In this document: positions 60,221 to 64,000 of the stretch, in pieces
Layout: each line of letters opens with the position of its first letter
How positions within the stretch are numbered: the stretch's first letter is position 1
Source: Novosphingobium sp.
GTDB lineage: Bacteria; Pseudomonadota; Alphaproteobacteria; Sphingomonadales; Sphingomonadaceae
Assembly (NCBI RefSeq): GCF_965214355.1
Contig: NZ_CBDCBI010000001.1
Span: forward strand, 9,587-73,586
Direction of reading: 5' to 3'
DNA: 64,000 nt
The notes under the pieces: generated by a model
Database searches by the model: none
The model's input: only the letters and a program-made list of their open reading frames with translations
What the model was told of the DNA's origin: nothing
Position numbers and translations under genes: made by a program

Positions 60221-62343
60221 CGCCGCTGGCGGTAGTCGGCGGCACACCGCACGATACCGATCGCTACAGCAACTGGCTTGAAGGGCGTCTTGCTGAAATA
60301 TCCCCCCTCCTCGTCACCAATACCATCTGGTCGGACGCCGTAATGCGAGAGGTGTTCGGCCATCCCTGGTTGAGCCAGACATATGCAAGCCTGCCGCTTG
60401 GCGCTGCGGTTCCGGTCCTGACCAACGAGATCAAGACGTACCTGGCGGCATCCGTGCTCGACGATCGCAAGGCGGACGCCCACTGGTTCCAGCGCCGCAT
60501 CCCGGTGATCCGCTATCTCGTCGAGGAAGGTGCGGACCTGCTTCGCCACTTTGAGGCGACCTGCCTTGCCGACATCCCTCACCCGGGCTTCGCGCCATCC
60601 GATAACGCGGGAGCGCGCAAATCGAACCAGCACAGCGATGCAGTGCTGGCGCTTTACGCCGCCTGGTATGGCACGAACTATGGGCAGCGCAGGCAAAGCC
60701 AGACCCGCCAGTGGATCCGGGATGGCGAAATCGTCACCACCCAGTACCGCTCACCGGAAATACAGCTGTTCGGCGATATCCATCGCTTCGCGATCATCAA
60801 CCGGGCGCAGATGGCGCCGATGCATGACCGTGACATCATCCTGCTCAACGATCTCTACAGCGAAGACGACACGCGCTTCCGTGATCGGCAGCGGTTGAAC
60901 GACACCTATATCAGCTTGCTGAACTTCGAGCCGTGGCTTCGCCCGCTGATGCGCGGCTTCCTGCTCGACAAGGTCGCGCATGGCGAATTGGCGCCGGCCA
61001 CCATGGTGACGTTGATCTCGCGCTTGCGTCTGTTCGCGCGGTTCCTGTGCGAACAGGAAATTGCCGCCGCCGGACAAATCAACGAGCCGCTGATGGAGCG
61101 CTACCTGGCCTGGGGGAACACGCGGCACACCGCCGGCAAAAACTGGTACACCGATATCGTCCAACTCCTGCGCGCGGCGCCGGTATTGCTGCCGGGGCAG
61201 TGGCCTCGGATTGCGCTCGACAAGCGCGCGGCACGGCGCATCCGCTACAAGCAGGCGCCAGATGACCCCCGCAACCGGCTCTACGCTTCGCGTGAAGGCG
61301 CCAACCGGGCGGCGCCTCCCGAGGCCCTGGCCGCCATGGTGGCCAGGCTCGATGAACTGCCCGCGCCCATCCCTGCGATCTTCATGATCGGGATCACAAC
61401 CGGGGCACGAGCGGAAGACCTGCATGCCCTGCTCTTCGACTGCCTGCGGCCCGATCCGCACGACAAGCGATTCATGCTGTTCACGTTCTGGCAGAACAAG
61501 GTCAGTCGCTGGAACACCAAGCCTTTGCTGGCAACCGATCCAGCGCACCGGACCATGATCGAGCTGATCGAAGCCCAGCAACATCGTATCCGGGCGCGGT
61601 ATGGTCACGCCACCAAGTACCTGTTCCCGGTCTTTTATGGGAAACGGGAATCGTTCCTCGGCAACAACTGGACTTTGCAGGAGCTCAGAATGCTGAGCCT
61701 CAGGCACGGGATCGTCGATGGCGAAGGCAATCCGTTCGACTTCTCGTGGCATCCGCTGCGCCACCATCGCGGGACACAGATGGCAGCCGAAGGGCACGAC
61801 ATCCTGAGCATCATGTTCGAGCTCGGCCATGCTTCGCCCGACATGGCCTCGATGTACGTCAACAAGCGCCTCGACCTCAAAAAGAACACCTTGCTGCGCA
61901 AAGGCGGCGGGCAGTTCTTCACGATTGCCGGCAAGGTCGACGAGGCCGTCGGCGATCTCCTGCTGCGCAAGGAAACCATGCTGGCCACACGGGTTTGCGG
62001 CGGTGCCTGCACCCTGCCGGGCCAGCTTGGCGAATGGTGCGAGCATGCCCATGCCTGTCTGACCTGCCGGTTCTTCCGCGCCGATGGTGACGACCTCGAG
62101 CACTTCCGCGGCGAACGCGCCGGACTTTACGTCGCGATCGCAGGGCTCGAGCAGGAAGCCCAGAATTACGAGGAGGGCGGCCAAACCCGCTTGGCAGACA
62201 TCGCTCGCAAGCGGTTGCAGCGGAACAAAGACGCTGTCCACAACACCGACACCATCGTCCGTTCCATCGAGGAGCACGGCCACTACAAGGGCGAAAAGCA
62301 GCGCTACAAGCCAGCCTCTGCTCGGGAAGACGCGAAATCATGA
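60211..62343 (+). CDS. Large tyrosine recombinase, Tn554 TnpB-like
   Basis: TTGARAED, WHPLRHHRGT, LGHASPDMASMY and Cys-rich C-terminal GACTLP...CEHAHACLTCRFF. Confidence 0.88.
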   Translation: MGMTPLAVVGGTPHDTDRYSNWLEGRLAEISPLLVTNTIWSDAVMREVFGHPWLSQTYASLPLGAAVPVLTNEIKTYLAASVLDDRKADAHWFQRRIPVIRYLVEEGADLLRHFEATCLADIPHPGFAPSDNAGARKSNQHSDAVLALYAAWYGTNYGQRRQSQTRQWIRDGEIVTTQYRSPEIQLFGDIHRFAIINRAQMAPMHDRDIILLNDLYSEDDTRFRDRQRLNDTYISLLNFEPWLRPLMRGFLLDKVAHGELAPATMVTLISRLRLFARFLCEQEIAAAGQINEPLMERYLAWGNTRHTAGKNWYTDIVQLLRAAPVLLPGQWPRIALDKRAARRIRYKQAPDDPRNRLYASREGANRAAPPEALAAMVARLDELPAPIPAIFMIGITTGARAEDLHALLFDCLRPDPHDKRFMLFTFWQNKVSRWNTKPLLATDPAHRTMIELIEAQQHRIRARYGHATKYLFPVFYGKRESFLGNNWTLQELRMLSLRHGIVDGEGNPFDFSWHPLRHHRGTQMAAEGHDILSIMFELGHASPDMASMYVNKRLDLKKNTLLRKGGGQFFTIAGKVDEAVGDLLLRKETMLATRVCGGACTLPGQLGEWCEHAHACLTCRFFRADGDDLEHFRGERAGLYVAIAGLEQEAQNYEEGGQTRLADIARKRLQRNKDAVHNTDTIVRSIEEHGHYKGEKQRYKPASAREDAKS

Positions 62344-62819
62344 CCATGGGACCCGATCTGCGGATCGCAACACTCAACGATGCCCGCAGCCGCCGCAGTG
62401 CAGAAAAGCGCGCCGCGGTCGAGGATGCCATCATGCGCCTGCGCGAAACGAAGCAGGTCGTGACGTTCGTGTCGGTGGCCCGCGAGGCCAAGGTCAGCCG
62501 CCAATACCTCTATAACAACTTCGTCGACGAGATCGGAGAGGAACGCGTCGAAACCCGTGCGGAAACCGAAGTAATTAACGGCAAGAAGGTCCCGCTGCGA
62601 ACGCCCGAGGAATACCGGCACATCGAAGCCGCGCTTCGCAACAAGATCGATCGCCTTGAAACCGAGCTCCGCGACGCGCGCGCCGAAAAAGCCAAGGCGG
62701 ACCGAACAGCCGAACGCGAGCGCGGCAAGGCTGAGCATTGGCACCAGCTCTACACAGTCGTCCTGACGCGCGTATCGGCGGGAAATGCGCCTGCTCCGCC
62801 GCCGCCGGCCGAAGATTAA
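62340..62819 (+). CDS. TnpC-like (DUF6262-type) accessory protein
   Basis: AVEDAIMRL...VTFVSVAREAKVSRQYLY HTH followed by a coiled coil; ATGA overlap with the TnpB-like gene. Confidence 0.82.
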   Translation: MTMGPDLRIATLNDARSRRSAEKRAAVEDAIMRLRETKQVVTFVSVAREAKVSRQYLYNNFVDEIGEERVETRAETEVINGKKVPLRTPEEYRHIEAALRNKIDRLETELRDARAEKAKADRTAERERGKAEHWHQLYTVVLTRVSAGNAPAPPPPAED

Positions 62820-62961
62820 ACCGTCGCGCATCGATCGAGTTACGCTCAAGGGAGTTTGAAGTGAGCCGCCTGCGGCGTCTTGCACTTCCAACTCCCTTGG
62901 GCGTCCAAATTATGGGCGAAACACAGTTGACACACGTTCTGCTATCAACCGATTGAAATTA

Positions 62962-63372
62962 CTATAAAAGACGCGACCTGGTGCTGATATATGTTAAATG
63001 ACCGCGGGGTTTGGCGGCCCTGGAACTCGTTGTGCCGCCGGCAGCGTGCTGGCTCACAGGCGTCCCGTCGATCAGGATCACACGGTCCTCGTCAATAATC
63101 TTGCGAAAAGCTTCACTGGTGGTCGCCCAATCGAGCAGATCCACTTTCCACGGCAAGTCAGACTCGTCAAAGGCGTCTGCAAGGTCACTCAGCAGCGCCG
63201 CAGGCAACGGATGTTTACCGGCCAAGGCCAGATCGAGATCGGAATAGCGCTGCGCATTGCCCTTGGTTCGGCTACCGAACGCCCAGACAGCGATGCCCGT
63301 TGGCACATGCCTCGCGAGCGTCTCGAGCAGGATCGCCTCATGTTCCGGGCTCAGGTCCAGCAACCCCGTCAT
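62962..63372 (-). CDS. Minimal nucleotidyltransferase (MNT) antitoxin
   Basis: AFGSRTKGNAQRYSDLDL (GS-x10-DxD) and KVDLLD; ATGA overlap with the HEPN gene. Confidence 0.88.
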   Translation of the reverse strand: MTGLLDLSPEHEAILLETLARHVPTGIAVWAFGSRTKGNAQRYSDLDLALAGKHPLPAALLSDLADAFDESDLPWKVDLLDWATTSEAFRKIIDEDRVILIDGTPVSQHAAGGTTSSRAAKPRGHLTYISTRSRLL

Positions 63373-63779
63373 TCCGTGCCCGCGCGTTCGACAAGGCGGT
63401 CGCGCAAAAAACCGGCTTCGAAGATGAAATCAGGTATGCTTGCGACCACCTCCAAGGCTTTGGCCTCGTCATAGGTATGGGACGTGATGTTGCGCTTATC
63501 GCGATATAGCTTCCATTGCGCCCACTCGCCACGCAGCAGTCCCTGTTCAGAACCGGTACGGATCAGCGCAGGAAACGACATATGCTCGACAACCTCTGGG
63601 GTCGGGGCGGTTTGGGTCAGGTAGCGTTTCAACATTTTGTGGCTGAGATCATAGGTGAATTCAAAGCGCTGAACGAGGCCGTCGCGAATTTGCTGGTCCG
63701 ACGTATCCTTCAGATAGCGGGCATAGCCCTCCTCCAATCGCGCGAGTGCAGATGCCAGCGGGGTTAGGTCAAGCGCCAT
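63369..63779 (-). CDS. HEPN-domain toxin (HI0074/nucleotidyltransferase substrate-binding family)
   Basis: DGLVQRFEFTYDLSHK and RNITSHTY (Rx4H followed by Tyr). Confidence 0.88.
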   Translation of the reverse strand: MALDLTPLASALARLEEGYARYLKDTSDQQIRDGLVQRFEFTYDLSHKMLKRYLTQTAPTPEVVEHMSFPALIRTGSEQGLLRGEWAQWKLYRDKRNITSHTYDEAKALEVVASIPDFIFEAGFLRDRLVERAGTE

Positions 63780-64000
63780 AATGCCTCACGGTTTTGCCAT
63801 CAAATTGCTTCAGAGAAGAACTCAGATACAGATATTTTGTGCGCCTGGCACCTCTCCTGTTCGCCGAGTTTTGCCTACGGGCCCGCGCCCTTGGCGCAGC
63901 TTACCGAGCTTGTAGTCTCGGCCTGACGGTTACGGTCAATAACGCGGCCTAGGGCCAGCCCTCAGCGATCTTCGAATTGGCTTTCGCCCAAGCTTCCTTC

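Larger units (their letters stand above)
58912..62949 (+). mobile_element. Tn554-like tnpABC element (boundaries tentative)
   Basis: Three translationally coupled genes (two tyrosine recombinases plus a TnpC-like protein); imperfect inverted ends GTTAATAGC...GTGTC and GTTGATAGC...GTGTC. Confidence 0.6.

Noticed and set aside
62972-62999. Second dif site (ATATGTTAAAT resembles a XerD arm)
   Set aside because: The corresponding XerC arm (CGCGACCTGGT) has no similarity and the sequence lies in the MNT 3' tail; at most a half-site.
63949-63999. 3' end of a minus-strand gene entering from the right edge (KEAWAKANSKIAEGWP*)
   Set aside because: Only 16 codons are visible, which is too little to support a call.

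Overview
High-GC alphaproteobacterial DNA, probably a sphingomonad plasmid or chromid (host and replicon type are inferred, not shown). Four blocks. (1) 1-14.8 kb: one end of an anoxygenic photosynthesis gene cluster (PGC): bchL(partial)-bchH-bchB-bchN-bchF, ppaA/aerR-ppsR, bchG-pucC-bchP-tspO-ORF and cycA, with PpsR boxes. (2) 14.9-19.3 kb: a complete plasmid-type replicon directly abutting the PGC, with an AT-rich, GANTC-rich origin carrying five iterons, repA, two parS-like palindromes, parB and parA. A few accessory genes follow to 23.5 kb. (3) 23.7-55.3 kb: a xylose/hemicellulose utilisation island (2x GH3, GH9, GH27, GH43, GH51, three esterases, xylA/xylB/xylE, LacI-type XylR, TonB-dependent receptor) marked by eight copies of a palindromic operator. 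It encloses an unexplained flavin-halogenase/SapC/cupin module and a frameshifted Tat oxidoreductase. (4) 55.5-64 kb: a Na+/H+ antiporter, then an IS1202/ISNCY-type IS with a passenger ORF inserted 6 bp from a dif-like Xer site. A Tn554-like tnpABC tyrosine-recombinase triad starts on the other arm of that site, and a HEPN-MNT toxin-antitoxin pair follows. No rRNA, tRNA or CRISPR array was seen. All family calls come from motif recognition by eye; no database searches were run.
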